Positions 26,096 through 41,839 are shown, numbered from the stretch's first letter. The stretch is 64,000 nucleotides of DNA from Strigamia acuminata (GCA_949358305.1 OX442314.1:19716001-19780000); one strand, 5' to 3'. Notes: generated by a model not told the origin, from the letters alone. Numbers and translations: made by a program.

Positions 26096-29000
26096 AAACA
26101 TGTGGATGATGAATTGGGCATCTAAAATAGAGTATTGCAGCGACCGATCAGTTCGCGCTTCGTCTAAAAAGGGCGCGAATTTCAAGTTGTGATATTACGA
26201 ATACATAAATCTTGATATTTTTTATATTTTAATTTTTTATATTCTAAACTTGAAGTAATTCACATTGCAATTATTGTGAATAAAAATCAATAAATTCAAG
26301 TTCAAATACAAGTTTTTTCTTTTAATTTTAATTTTATCTTTTTTATTTAATTTAATTTTTTTATGTATTCATTCAATTCAAAAAACCAAACTGCTTTTTA
26401 AACTGATGAAAAAATAAAATATATGGTTCTCTATGCAACAAAATTTGATCAGTATTCTAAACAGGTAAATTTTACAGAAAATTGACCATTAAGTTTTAGT
26501 AATAGGTCCAGCAGGTACGATCTAGTTGTTACACCTGCCCACCCGAGGCCGCCACCAATACCCGAAGTGCATTTGAGGAGGGCGGTGTGCTACTAGATCT
26601 AATAAAAAATTCATGTCACCAAATGCCGCCGATTCTTAGGCTTCAACCCTCACTTCCTTTTACTCTTCGCATTTAAATGCATGAGATGGAACTTGCTAAA
26701 GTGACATATTTTTCTCTGTCTGTGAGAATAAAAAATTGTTCAGATAGAGACATATCCCATTACAAAGTGATTCCCCATTAATTTATTTTGAAAGTTAAAA
26801 TCATCGGCAACTTTCTTACAGCTGAAAAGCATAGATAAAATATGTTGATTACCATTTGTCATTTCGTGATAAAATTAATTAAATGGCAGTGGAGTTGTTG
26901 CCGCGCTCAATAGATGACTTTAGACACGCGATTTATAATAATCGATAAATCATAAAAATTTATTTATTCATCTCTGCCTTATTTCAATGCAATTTACTCT
27001 AATTTAAAATCGCATATAACCCAAAGTAACAAAAAAAGCAATTTTGCTTCCAGGTGAGTTATTATAATAAGTATAAATATAAAATTCAAAGCTGTAACTA
27101 TAATAATTTGAAAAATAAATGGTGGTTTCACTCAAATTCAACGTTTACAAATATGAGTTGACAGCTGAGAAATAAAAATAACTTTAAGACGAAGCAAACT
27201 GTATATACCACATTGGTACTAAAGATTTGTCATTGAAACGGCTATCAAAAATGAACATCGAAAGTCGTATTATGCTTTTTACACTTACCATTTGAATTGA
27301 GAATGTTTTCCATAAAATGTACCCTAAACCAGTACTTTTCAGTCTGCCTGCACACAACTGTTTCGCGTAATGTGAAACTTCATTTCAAGTTGCAACCATT
27401 GCTGCGTAGCGACCGTGACTGTAAAATAACTTTAACCAATGTTTCAGAGGTTTCCACAAAAGCAATTCATAGCAATAAAACAGCAAAAATAATATTCATT
27501 CAAAAATAAAACAATTATATTTTAAAACTTCTACCTACGTGCAGCCATCAGAATATATTTCAGCTTCAAATATTAGACGCACTATAAGCAATTGCATCAA
27601 ACTCTTTGCGCACCGGCAGATAAATTTAATTACAGTTGGTCAGTGGTATTTGGTAAAGAGAATTAAGAAATAACCCATAATAGTTGTTACATGTCCTCTG
27701 GCGAGAAGATGAAAAAATTTGCTAATTTTTCAAAGTGATGGATGTTATTTATTCGTGTCTATGTCCTGAATATAAAAAATTAAGAAATGAATGATTCCGT
27801 GTAGGCCATTATTCAAATAAAAAAAGAAGCGCAGAATCTCATTACGATGAATGATGATGTCAAAATTTGACGACACAATCCAGTTATCGGTAAAGGGCAT
27901 TAAAGATTTGAGAAGATCTTATTGCAACACAGGTAGAAACTCACAAGCGCTATTCATACTGTCACTTAAAGTGTTGGCACGTTTCTAGATTCGAGTGCTA
28001 TTTGTGGTGAAAGAGGGAAAGGCCTTTTTTTCGGATGCCATTATCCACTTCTAATCCGATCCTAGTGTAGCTATGCGTCTTGGTCCGCATGCTAACAGGG
28101 TGTTCAAGTTGTTCTCTATGCTCCATTTGATTCACTGCCAACACTTTTCTATGTTTGACATGACATTCGAATTGTGATCTCACCTAGATTAAAGTTTTTT
28201 CATTCCAAAAGCTTTTTCTGCAAGTTTGATGCTATGAGATGAGAATTTCAAATATAAAAATAGAGAACCGAATTTTTGGAACGTGTGCTCAACTTTTTTT
28301 ATTTTTTATTTATTTAAAGCTTGTTATTTAGATAAGCAAAAAGTTACTGTTACTTATTTAAAAAAACATAAAACGGAAACCATTTTCATCTTCTCACTAC
28401 TAATAAAACCAACTACAATGTATTTACGATAAATTTTAAATTTGGAATTTTACAAAAAAATTAATCTGCAAACTAGCAATTTTGTACGTAAAATAGTTTG
28501 TGAGTAAAATTAAAATTAGAAAACAGGTAAAACACGTATCTTCCATACGTGCTTTGGTCCATAATACCGCAATAAAATTGTAATCATAATCAATCACATT
28601 CACATCGCACATATTATATTAAATTTCAATTTCTTAAGTTTCTATCATGTTTGCAAATGCAGCTATCAGAAAATCAATTTAAACATCAAGAAAAAGCTGA
28701 AAGCTGCGCCAAAATGACGCCGAATGTAGCTAGAGTGTCATGTAATGAATCAATTTCCTTTTATCTTAGTATTTCTTTATCTTTCTCCAAAGTCCTCACG
28801 ACAGAATTGTTTTTCTAATAAGTTTTCCTTCTATTTGAGGTTAAGTTCCAAAACTAACTGCTAGTCGAAAGGCAATCTATTCTTCAATTATTTGAATTGA
28901 CAAACGGCTCAGTTCACAACAAGCAGTATGCTTTAAAGAAACTTAAAATCATCGTTTGAAAAATGTTATAACTTATAGATTTATTATAAAGTTTGTCATC

Positions 29001-32000
29001 ACTAAAAGCAAAAAAAGAAAAAAAGAAATTTGTTTTTTATTATTTATAAAACTCTTTTTATTCTTGTGTAAAAAGAATCTGACATTTGTAGAACCCTTTC
29101 TGACATTTATCTTGAGTAAACATCTTTCGAAAAGAAAGCAAAAAAAGTTTGTTAACGATGTAGAATTCATCACCTGTTCTGTACAGAAGAAGAATACCGT
29201 GGGAGGATTAATAAAAGTCGCCGTCATCTTTTCAAAGCTTTAAAAAAAAGTTGAATTCAAGCACTTTATGATGTTCTACTCCAACGACAGAAACTTCTTA
29301 ATAAAAAATTTGCTATTGGTCATTTGTCAAAAACCTCCGATAGGGTGTATTTCAAATAACTTGTAACACATACCAACGAGAAATGTTGATTGGCTTTGTT
29401 GAAGGCGCAAACTCAGCACTTGTTTGGGGCTGATGTGCTGCTTCTATGAATGTTGTTTTCTCTTAATGGCCTTTTCTCCCTTTATCTGCAGAATGTTATT
29501 ACTGTGGTGAGAGGCTCACTTTATCCTCTGGCTAAAAATTAATGACGAACCTAATGTTGATGAAATGCAAATATTGAGAAATGTACTAATTTATACTTTC
29601 ATAAATGTTTGCATTTTATTTTGCTAATTTAATCAAATTCACTTACCTAAATAAATGTTTTCTTTTTTATACTTCTTGTCTTCTTTTCTGAAAGCAAACA
29701 TTTGAATTAGGAATTTCAATACTTTTAAATTTACTCAACGGCCGAGTGCTAAAAGCTGCCGCCCATTATAATTATTTAACAACAATGCCTAAAACAAGAA
29801 TATAAATTAATAAATTTAAAAAAAAAATTAAAATTAGAATTAAAATTACATTAAAGGTATCGGTGCAAATAAACATCACAAAACAACAAGTCGATAATTT
29901 AAGGCTAATTCACGTTAATGTGAAAAATTTGAGCTTAATTCAGCACGCATCAGCTCGTGGGACTTATATTCATTTAAAACTCGACCAAAACTCAACTAAA
30001 GCAAAGCATTTTTAAAGTACAGCTAAATAATCACAATTATTGTAAAGAAAATGGTTTGAAGTGGAAAGTACATTGAAGGTTTAGGGCAAAAGTCAGAGGT
30101 TACGTGAACAAGCCAAGAGAAGATTGCATATGTATTCAGATGTCCACGATAAGCAAAGGCAACTGCGAGGCCAGTGAAACCAATCACGAGCAAAGTTGGC
30201 AAGCTGTCACTACATCGGACTATTGATTAAGGGTGCGCTTCACGGCAGCTCACTCCTTTCATCAGATCTTGATGCGAGGGAAAGGAAGGAAAGGTCATTT
30301 GAGCAGGAATGTGATGTCGGTGCATACTTTAAATGCTTGATCATCTTGTGGTTTAGTGGGCAAAATATTTTTGCCTGAACTTTAGCCAACTTTTGAGTAG
30401 TGTCATCTTGCAATGAACACGTGTTTGAGTTCACGCTACATTACTCGTGGCTTGATGTCTTCACACATTATGCTTATGACCCGTGCTGCTCATAAATTTA
30501 CCATCTGCTCCAGCTATATTTCTTTATATATGGTATGAATTTAAAGAAACCATATTTTTCTTTTCAAAACTTTCTCAACAATTTCCAAAAGTTTTTGTTT
30601 TAAATTATATTTCTATCTAATCAGCTTGAAAGCCTCGCCGGAAAAAAAGCTAAATGAAACGAATCGCAAATTGCTGAAATAAATTATAAAATAGCAGCTA
30701 AAATATTGGGAAAATCGTGCTTAAATTGTGTTACGTTTGCAAATTAAAGTAGGTATATTCGTGTGTAAAATAAAAAGAAGCATAAAAGAAAAAAAGCATT
30801 TGCCATATCATCATAAAATTGAGCACATTTTATTACTGGTAATGTCCATCTAGTGGTCATTAGGTGTCGCAATTTATTATGATCTGTTAATTTTATGCCG
30901 ACTGTAGTGTATTGACTTCAGAACAAACTTGCGCTTGATTCTTTTCACTGGTGGCTTTACGACCAAACGCAGTGACACAAGGCCATTACGGAAATTGAAT
31001 TCTCGCTTAAAGCTCAGTCAAACGCAAAAAAAAATGAAGGCAACAACAAAACCAGAGTTAAAGAATCAATTAAATGTATCTGGCCTAAAGACAGAACATA
31101 AGAACTCATTCAAAAGAAGAAAAAAACATAAACAAACTAATTTTAATGTTGCATTAAAGTCGAAAACAATGAGGAAAAGATCAAGCAACTTTCTTTCATC
31201 CTGCCTGTCTAATTACTATTTTGTGCAATATCAGTCAAGAAGAAGGCAAACTGCTTTCATGTGGGACTCGTTTCACTGATTTAATTGGTTGCACCGATAA
31301 TTGAAATGCACATTGACATCACTCTATATCCTTGATGAGATGCCATTTAATTCCAAGCGATGCAACAAATATAAATTAGAAAGTTGTTTTCTAGCAAAAC
31401 TTCTGGTAGAAGGTCCATTGACATCGAAGCTCGGGGGAGTCATTCACGCATCGATTCCAGATTCATTATTATTTTACATTTAACAACCAAGACACAGATC
31501 GTACATTCTTAACAAATAATTGCCCGTACTCCATTACAAATATTTACACCCGTCTAATGTACATAAAAAAAAGCAATTTTAAAAAGAAGCCATGTAGAAA
31601 ATTGTCATTTGTTGACTTCTCCATAAATTTCCATTTCAGCTGACTCTTGAAATCTCACAAACTGGATTATCCTAAACCTATCTAAAACCGTAAATTACAA
31701 TCCCCCAGCAATCACCAGTTTGCAATTTTCTTTGCAATTACCCAAGGGGGTAAACCGAAATGGCATCAGGTCGGAAATTAAGTCCTCAAGATGTCACATC
31801 TACGAAAGCACAATCAAAAGAAAAGATGTACTTTCCAAGTTCGTAAAGAAAAAACAGGAAAATAGCAACTTCAATTCGTTTTACATGCAAGTATACTTTT
31901 GAAGAAGAAAACCCATTTAACTCAGATGATTTTGTTCGTAAATGGGAAATACACGACGGCTATTTTGCTTAATCTGACTCATATTTCATCAAGCTAACAA

Positions 32001-35000
32001 CGGATGACGACAAATGAGAAAATGATGTAAGACAGTAGAAGCTTCTTTCACTGATGGATCATTCTGAAGGTTTTTCACGGTCCGTCTATTCCACTAAAGA
32101 CCATTAGCGTCCTTAACGATGATTAAATGAGAGAACAAATCCAATTTATTGCATTATTAATGTAGGATCGAGTTGTGGGATGAAAATTTCAAACTGCGTG
32201 AACAACGAGGTAAAAAATGCATTACGTAACATGTCATGATGACACGACAAATAAAATACACCAAAATAAAAATAACACAAGAAAAAATAAACATTATATT
32301 TTCCCTTTAAATTAATATTTCAAGAATATCATCTATAAATTATTTGTAAAAAAAAAAAAGAACTACCGGTAATTATTTCTCTAACTATTGCGATCCTTGT
32401 AACGTGAACTATTACTCATCCGTCTACATCTGTGACTTTTGGGATGGAACTCGACTTGACACTGACCGATTACTCGTAAAACCAATGCACTAGTCCTGCT
32501 GTCATTGTATTTGGTTGGTGCTGGAATTCAAATGAATCACTGGTTTACCTCTGCCCCCAGAGAGGAGAAAAAACCAGTGCAACAACAAGTCGTCATATTA
32601 TTTTTTTCCATTCACTTTTTTTCATTTGCCCCGTTATTTATTACGTCGCCACGTCCACTCGAACCACCCAACAAATCGTATGAAGTATTTCGAAAAATGC
32701 CACTTTCTTAGTTCAAGCCAAAGCGATCAATTTTAGAAAGCTGTAATGAAGACGCAAGTGCGTGTAAAACTCGTGAAAGAGCCATTCAAATGCACGGAGG
32801 TACTTGCGATCCACACTCGAAACGTTAAAACTTCAATTAAAATTGTCAGTCGTATAGCATGGGGAGTACACCGAAACGACCTCGGTTGATAACCAAGGAA
32901 CAGTTGAAATGTCCAAAACCAACCCATTTTCTAGCACGACAACATTTTTTCTCGCACGCATGAGAGCATTTTACAATTTCTCTTTATTAATTCAAACCGT
33001 GGGTTTCTTCGCAAATTACAATTCACTCATCTTTTTGATGACCGCTTAAAGCCTTTTGCCACGAAGCAATGCTACGGCTGACATCACACAAGTGTTTATC
33101 TGACATTCTGTCCATTGCTTGTGCGTCTCCTCTCGGACGCATTCAGTCATCCCTTCTCGTCTTATCCTCTAGGGAAGCCGATGAAATCGAGATCACTGGA
33201 TCTGCTACAGCGCCCGCGAGAAAGTGATCTATCAATCAAAGTCGTCTCTCATCTTGTCAACTGAGGTGAGCAATATCATCACAAATTACTAATCCATCAC
33301 CCATCAGTATGCATGAAAACTAACTATTTTTGGATTATCCTTTGCTTATTCGATTATAATTTCATTGCACCTGTCAGTGATAATGAATTTTTTTCTCTTT
33401 TAATTCAAAAATTAATGCAAGCAGAATAACTGTAGGCTACGATTAAAGTCGTGCAATTGAAGTTTCGGGTGCTGCTGCACTAACTTGTAAGTTATTTCAG
33501 TTGGAAGAATTCATTATTAAACAGAAACCTGATCCAAATAAACGACGTTGGCTCTGAAGTTGGGTTCACCAACTTTACTAATTCAGTGTTGAAATGTAAG
33601 GTTAGATGAAGAAAAGTTTCTTTCATCCGGAACTAAAAAGAAATAATAAACCTAATCCTGAATAATTAGCTCTTGACAGATTTTAAATACTGTATGTTTT
33701 ATTACCTTACTTGAAATCTTTAAATCATTAATTCACATTTAAAGTATCCTTTATTTTTCTTGCTACAATGTATGTTGACCTGAAAATTGAGTTTAAATAA
33801 GTTATGTTATTACTACGTAATAGGATATTATTAATTTAGCGCGTTTATACGTCACTTTAAATGGTAATCCGATTACGTCACAACAATTTTAATTGAAATT
33901 TAAGGCACGAGATGAGAAAAGCATAATTAATAGCTACGAATAAAACAGAGAACGTGTTTCTCGACCAGCAGATTCCAACTAAAGTCGTTAGGTCAAGACG
34001 CACTAATAAAGCATAAGCAAGACCTCCGGTTATTTACATACAAGTTGGTTTTAAACTGGAGTATAATTTGTTTCCCACAATTCGCACTAAACTCTTAGAA
34101 ATAAAGAGAAAGCAAACAAACACGCATTAATTTATTCCAGACCATTCACACAATTCGACCGTTATGAACTTGTGCTGGCCTTTCAAAGAAGTGGCCCTTA
34201 ATCTTTGTCAACATAATAAAAGTTGGAAAAAAATGTTTTAAACATCATCTGGAGTATTCTATGAAACTATATTAAAAAGTCAAGTGGCACATCTTATACA
34301 ACCGTGCCAAAGTTATTCTGGCCAAATAAATAAAGAAAAATTTCTGGATATAAAGTTGCAAGATTTTTATTTGAAAAATGTTCTTAAACATTAAAACTAA
34401 AATATTTTTTCTTGTATTTTACTGGGTAGCACTTCCTGACTGTCCAATAACCAATATTTCAGTCGGTTGCTCATGGAAGTACAAATAAAGTTATAAATAA
34501 TTTAGAAAATTTGTCCGAAATCGAGGCAAGTTCCGAAGCTGATTCTGCGTGTTAAACGACTTCATTAAGTACAGAGCTCATCCGGCTGGCAAAATTAAAC
34601 TTGTTCTCAAGTCACTAGAGGGCGTGCTACAAGAATATCTGCACACCGGCCAGAGATTTATAAGTTGAACCACTTTGCACCAGATGGCGCCAATGAGGAA
34701 GCAATCCTTGATTACAGCAAGCCACTCATAAACATGCACCAACGTATGGTGTCAAAAATTAACCTCGTAATCTTCGAAGAGGCAAAAAAATGAGAAAACA
34801 GCGGAATGGAGACTGAAGGACAAAGAGGTTACCAACCTCAGGCTGCTCGTTTCATTCTGTGGAGGCTTGCAACCTGCAGACAAAGACAAGTCCAAATCAA
34901 TTACTTGAGAAAGAGCACCAAAATCAATTTCATGGTGGTGACCTCTCTTGCTTCACCCCTTGAACCACTTCGAACAGTCACGTATATCTACTGCATTACT

Positions 35001-38000
35001 ATTGCAATTTTCCAGATAGCTATCAAACATAAAAGCAAGGCACACTCAATATCATTTTTTAAGAAAAATTGATTTCTCAGTTATTGATTACACACGCCAA
35101 TTCTAAAAAAAAGGAAATTTTTTTTTTTTTAAATAAATGCAATTCGAATCTACTTTAATAGCTATTTAAATTCCAGATCAATAAATTTTATCGCACGCTG
35201 ATTTTCCTTTTTGAAAATTATTGTTTTTCTATTGTAGCCAAAATCAATATAAATTAACTAAATATTTCAAAACAAAATTTGTATATTTAAAAAAATAAAT
35301 AGAAAAAGTATGTACTTCATACATTTACCTATTACTATGCACAAATGTAGCCTGAAGTACAGTACGTCACAGATCAAGGCATTATTAATAAGAAAAACTA
35401 CCATTCAGCTCAAAGACTTGTATTACTAACAATTTTGCTCCTGCAAATGCCAACTTTAGCATTGATTTTTAGAAATGGGTCTTTTCTTTTTTATTTTCGT
35501 CCCATTTTTCCAGTCTGCAAAATTTCTTCTCATCATCCAACCTGTTATAAATCCACGTCACAAATGCGCACTACCGAATATACTTGTTGGGGAAGTTGAC
35601 AAATAATTCATTCCTTTGTCTTTTTCTCCAATATCCGTATGGCCGTCTTGCGTAATGATGACACAGCTCCTGCTTTCAGTCAGTAGAAGAAACTAACGAC
35701 GGGCCTACAATCACAACCCCCTCACTCGACACCAGACTCCAACTCGAATTATTACCTCCCATAGGAATAACACCCCCCACCCTATATTGGAAAAAAGAAA
35801 AAAAGAAGAAAGAGATGTAGATAGAAAAAAGTGCCTGCCAGTCTCTTCATCACAGTCAGAACGACCCTATATATTTTTTCTTCCGCCTAGAAGAAAAGAA
35901 AAAACTAATAAGATGCACGCTCCCCTAGCCCCGCCTACACTCTGCCTATTATTAAATTAAAGTACATGATTAAAAAAAAATCAGTTTAAATTAAAATAAA
36001 ATATTTAAGCTTACTTCCACTTGCAGCGATTATTATTAAACTTTCAAACATGACGTCTTTTGACGATTTTTAATTACAATTGATAAATTTTCAAGTTAAT
36101 GTCAATTCAAATAATCAATCAGTCCGTAGCGATATCGTATTAAAATTTTATAAAACACAGCAACAATAGTTATGTATGATTTACGAAGCAATCTATGTAT
36201 CTAACCAATCGGAGCCCAAACAACAAAGTAAATATCCCTAGGGTTAAGCTGGACTGGTAGTAATCTCGAAGTGTATCCCCAGTGAAGAGCAGTACAACCC
36301 AATCAGAAACTTCCTAATTCCTCACGACAGGGATTTATACCTCTCTTCTTCCAATTAAGGGAAGGTGGAACATCGTATCTTTTCACTACCAACAGTTGCC
36401 ACCAATTGACTAAACTAACACACAAAAAAGTTTACCAATATAAAATAATAATAACAATAACAATAATTACTAATCACATAAGTTGGGTGATTTTATTAAA
36501 TTAAAGTTTTTGAATAAATTTTTCCTGAAAATTAAAAATAGCGAGCCGACAAAGACGAAGTAAAGGCGCATTGATTTCTTTCGGAGCAGTAGTATCACTT
36601 GCAAAATTTATTGACGTGTTATTTTATTATCGCCGAAATCTGAATCTGTGGCTCCAAAATGCCTCGCGAGAACTGACAGAACACACAGTCTTCCGGGGAA
36701 ATGAGGCTTTGTGGTTTTCCATTCCTTGAACTGGTATTAAAAACTCAAAATATCTAAAACTATTCTGAAATTAAATTTAAATGAATTTTTAATTTGTAAT
36801 TCAAAACTTTAATTTGCTTTATGGTTTTGAAAAAAAAAAGTTGGAACGTGCTTCCGTAATTTAATGATAACGATATAAAGTTAGTTTTCTACTAACAAAA
36901 AAAGAAAAACCACAAACTTTTTCGTATCTTACGTATAAGAAAATAAACTAATATCAATCTTTTGCCTTTTGTTTGTTGCAAACAAAAAGCACACAACACA
37001 TAAATCAACCATTTTTTCACCTCAGCCCACTTATTGCGTTGATATATCGGTGATATAAATTCATGATGCCAATATTTTAACAGTACAGCGCCTTTACAAC
37101 TTCCATAACTAATAGCCCATTGCCATTGAAAAGAACTATAATTTAACCTTAACTTTAGTGCTTAAAAAGAAAAAAAACGAGAGGGAAATGCCCATACATT
37201 TTTCCATATAAATTATAAGATAAAACAACAAATAATTTCTCAATAACAATAGCATTACATCTTACCGGGGAAAGATCATCATTTTCACACTTCTCTATCT
37301 GAAACAGAATGCACGCAAATTTTTTTCAAACGTTTCTGACAATAACATCTGCACTAGGAAAGTGATTTAGAAACTATTGGTAAAAATAAATTGTTTTAGT
37401 TTGTATAAACACGACATTAATTAATCGCATGAGCTATGGTCTATTTTCTACAAAATAAAAAAAGTTGTAACGTTTGTTTGTTCCAGCCAGAAACGTTAGT
37501 GCAATATACCAACACGAAGCTCTTGAACTAATTTAATTAGAACTCTATTCCTTTGATTGAACACTGCAGATATAAGCTTATATCTAGCTGTTGTTGAGGG
37601 TAGAGTTTCCACTAAACTTTTGAAACAAAATAAAGCGAAGAAAAAGATTTGCAAGTAAAACTGAATAAACTCGTAGTTACTAGTATACGTCGAAGTGGTT
37701 CTTTATTCAAACTAAAATTAAAGCTATAATCAAGTGTGTTGTGGTGAGACCTAGCAAAGGGGCGAAATTTTACTAGGTTCATTATAGAAATGCAATATAC
37801 CATAATCAACGTTGAAAAAATCAATAAAAACATTAAAGATTTACGATTTGTTGCCATCAGTTCCGTTTCAGTGACATCGGTCTCTTGTTCCTTACATTTT
37901 GCAGCACAATAAAATGAAAATGATGCCAAAATCAACATGAAAATCGAAAGCTATAATCTATCGAATTAATTCTAAAACTTTGACACGAGTTCAGATTAAA

Positions 38001-38864
38001 CCGCTTCAAATAATTCTTAGTGATTGAAACTTCTACCTTTAGTTTAACTCGAAATAACAACACCAATCTGCAAAGCAGTTGATTCTATCCACGTTATCAA
38101 CTGATGTTGCATCAATTGCGAAGTACGTTTGTTTTAGTCTCATGGCAACCACTTGTTTTTGGCGCCGAAATCAATGCTTGCAACTGTGTCGCACAAGTTA
38201 ATTACCAAGTGGCGCCAAACCGCACGTGCAATCCATAATGCAGCGTTCGTCAAAAACACCATACCAGTAGAGCAGTAGCACCTTCCTTTGACTCGTACGA
38301 GTCAGTGATTTTCTATTAGATTAAGATGAAAATCCCAAAAGCCCAAAAAACGTGACTCGCAAATTAGTGAGTACACTTTCCCAATAAACTTGTTACAAAG
38401 TTTACAAATCAACCGCAACGACCCACCACAAGGTTAAAATTTCCAAAACGAAAGAAAAAAAAACAATTTAACGAAACAATTTAAAAACTATCTCAAGTTT
38501 GTCGAAACTTTGAAACTTCTTTTGTTTGGCGTCTAATAAAATAGCTGCTCACTGCACAGTTGAGAGAATTTCTAGTTATATAGCATTCGCTGGTCAAAGA
38601 ATGATCTTTGAGGCTTTCCCACATCACCCGCACGCCTCTAACTTACTTGTGGATTTATTGTGACGTGAGGTCGGTCAGTCGATATCCAACTAAGTTTAAT
38701 TCTTCGCAAGATACAAGTTCTTTTCTTTATTCTTTTGTCATGTCCTGGTCGTAAAGTACACTTTTCTCTTTTTTACCTCAATACGGTAAAAAGGTAGGGG
38801 GCGCCTCTCATGCAATTGTTTCATTGGCCTACCTATCGCTAGGGAGCAGTGAGAAATAAAAGTC

Positions 38865-39005
38865 GTCGCCCGAGGGGTTTGCCCTGTAAAAGATGACGTC
38901 GTTGCAGTCTGATATTGGTACCAAGTGCGCGCGCGCTCGTAAACTGATCGCGGGGCCAATTAAGGAAGCGCGCGTGGATGGCGTTCGCCTCCGCCCTATT
39001 GCACT
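38865..39005 (-). promoter_or_regulatory. CpG-rich promoter-like island
   Basis: GCGCGCGCGC and GCGCGCG tracts, CCGCCC, CCAAT and an arthropod Inr TCAGTT on the minus strand at 38947-38942, within AT-rich surroundings. Confidence 0.45.
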
Positions 39006-41839
39006 CAAGTTTTTGAGCCACTGTCATCTCCAAGGCTTCCATCTCATTTTCTTGAAAGATTTACATGACATATATAATTTTATATTTTTGAATATAAAAA
39101 TGGATATAAAAATTGTAAATAGAATACGTAATGTTTATTGTAATGCGCATCAAAATTGACACATGTAAGTACAAGTACAATCTACAAGTGCCACAACACA
39201 CAGTTCGCATGAATATTTCAGTTGTCGCAAAATTAATAAAATAAAAAATTATTAAAAAATATATATTTTATTAGATTTTTGCTATTTCAAAGTTTTTTGA
39301 CGCGGAAAACATAAAATTTGAGTCTTTGCAAATATTAAAGCTCAAAAATAAAAATAAAACACCTTAGAGAAAAAAGTTTGAAAGAATATTTTCCGATTGC
39401 GAAAAGTACGCATATATATTCCCAAATTGATATTTTTCTCACGTCCTTTTATCTTATTGGCATCACCCTTTGAGGTGCCAATGGTCGTCAGAAAATTTAT
39501 TGCTAAATTACTGTGATAAAAAAAAATACCAAACCCAAGGTTCAGAGCGTATAGAGTCAAGCTAGAAATTGCTGCATAGAAACAACTGAAAAAGCTTTTG
39601 TGTAAATTCATATGTCACGTCAACAGACAGAAGTTTTCAAAATTCAATTGTAAGAAAAGGGTTGAGAAAATGAGTAAAAAAAAATAAAAGAGAACAACTT
39701 CAATTTTCTCTAGTGTGATGGGTCATTCATCTTGGGTGTGAGCGTGCTAGCTTCGCTTATTCATCGCGCTGGAAATACTTGTCTCGAAATGTAGCCAATT
39801 TTCAACTTTGTACAGCGCCCTCTATATGTCATTTTCGCTGCGCACTCGTAACACTTTTGGAACTTTCCCAAATACTCTTCAACTGCAAAATTCCTCTTCG
39901 CAAATTATACATGAAACTGTTGATTCATTATTTTTCCTAAAACTCCCAAATTGCTTTGGGTGTTATCTAAGACGAAAACAAAAGCAAGTGTGTAAATTGA
40001 GAAGAAGTCTTAAGAGTCAATAAACGCATGCAAAATAAAGAAGAAACCTGCACCCTTGTTCTCATAAATCCAAGTATTTCAAGAGTACTTGAGATCAAAA
40101 CCAAAAATTCGAGGATCCAACGCACTCTATAGTAGCAGTGAATCGATTGGCGTCCTCTTGAGGAATACCGAAGGGTTGAAAGACTCATTTCTCTTATGGG
40201 CAAACGTGTTTCTAATGCTCGTCGCGAAAGGACTATTGACACACCGTCCAAACTCACATATTACGCCTTTTCCCTCGTCTATTTGCTTTTGTTTGTGCAA
40301 TATGAATTCCTAGCAGGGCCTAGCTTCCATTCGACTGTGAAAATCAGAATAATTTTTTTGCTCTGCATGCGGCTCCTTCAGAAGTAGAATTCAGAAATCA
40401 GAGGCAAACAGACGGACGGAAGGAAACTCACCAACATACCCCTTTAAAAAAACATTTCGTTTGGAAATGTTTACAAATTTAAATAGCAAACAAGAAATAG
40501 GTAGTTGTTAAAGAACAGTTGTGTCACTCAATTAGCATCTGCTTTGCTTACATCTAAGAGGCGTTTTGAATTGAATCCAATCTATTTGCACCTCGCATTG
40601 ATTAACCCATCTGATCACGTGACTCACATATCTTTCCATTAAAGTCTCACTTACAAAATTGCACCACTTATTTACATAAATCAATTACTCATTATTGTTG
40701 TTGGATTCATAAATTTGAATGGCAGTTCACCTGGTGCTTGAACACGCAACCCTCCTCCCATCTTTTGCGGCGGTAACTTGGCACCGCAAACTGCTTCATT
40801 TCACTGATCAATTTGGCAAAAATAAATTGCAAATCACGCATCTAGGCGCAGACGAAATTACACTGCTTAAACTAGTTTGGTAATAAAAATGCAAACACAA
40901 ATTATACTTGGGAAATTAAAATGGCAACTTTAATTTTATTTTCAAGGCGCATTTAAAGTGATTACTCAATAAATAACATTTCCTTAAAGTTTAAAAAGAA
41001 ATTTCAATTTGGTGCCTACTGTGAGATGTTGGTACGAGGGGCGTAGGGCGTTGATTGCAGGTGTGGCAGAGCGCACACCTTTTTCATTGCACTCACTATT
41101 TTCAACTGCGTTCAATCGATTTTCTTTTTTTGCTCTCGCTTTTCAAGCGAGTGAATGCACGTAAATGTAAAAGATGGAGAATGTGGAAAGGCTGAATTCA
41201 AAGTGGCGCCAAGCACCAGTCACGAGCAGCACAATTCGTTATTTTTTCTTTCTTCCTCCAGATGGCGTTGCTACACGTAGAAAAGAAGCAGACAAAGTGA
41301 AAAGAGAAAAGTTTTCTCCCAGTGATTCAAAAACTTAATTTGTGTCACACACAAAAGCAAAATATAAATTGATGTTTTCACTTCGGAAATAATTGCAATT
41401 TACACTTAACGGTTGTTTGTAATCATGCGTTCAACTCAACCAGTAAAATGGTTCTAAAAACTTTAGTTCACACACTTAATCTGATTTTTAACTGCCAAGA
41501 ACTGCGACAATATCTGTGAAAAAGTGCTTTGACGCCGATTAAAGATTAAAGATTAAAGATTAAAGGAAAATTTCAGTTTCTAAATTAACCAATGCACCTT
41601 ACTCAAATATAATTAAAATTTTAGACTATTAAAATGAAAATTAGTTTCATTAAAATTCAAAATAAACAAAAAATAAAAAATACAAGATTAGTATTTTCGC
41701 TTTACACCCTTAAGTTAAGAAGTTCCATTAAGCGTCGCCTGTTGACATTTTCAGAAACCGCTAATAATTTAAACCAATCGGGATTTCACCGCAGGATTTC
41801 GGATCAATTATTTCAAAGTTGCAAAATGAAAAAATCACA

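Noticed and set aside
26171..26185. E2F/CHR-like motif GGCGCGAATTTCAA near the SMG8 promoter
   Set aside because: Single short imperfect match; cannot be supported from sequence alone.
28160..28182. bantam-like seed TGAGATCA on the minus strand
   Set aside because: No complementary arm and the rest of the sequence does not match bantam.
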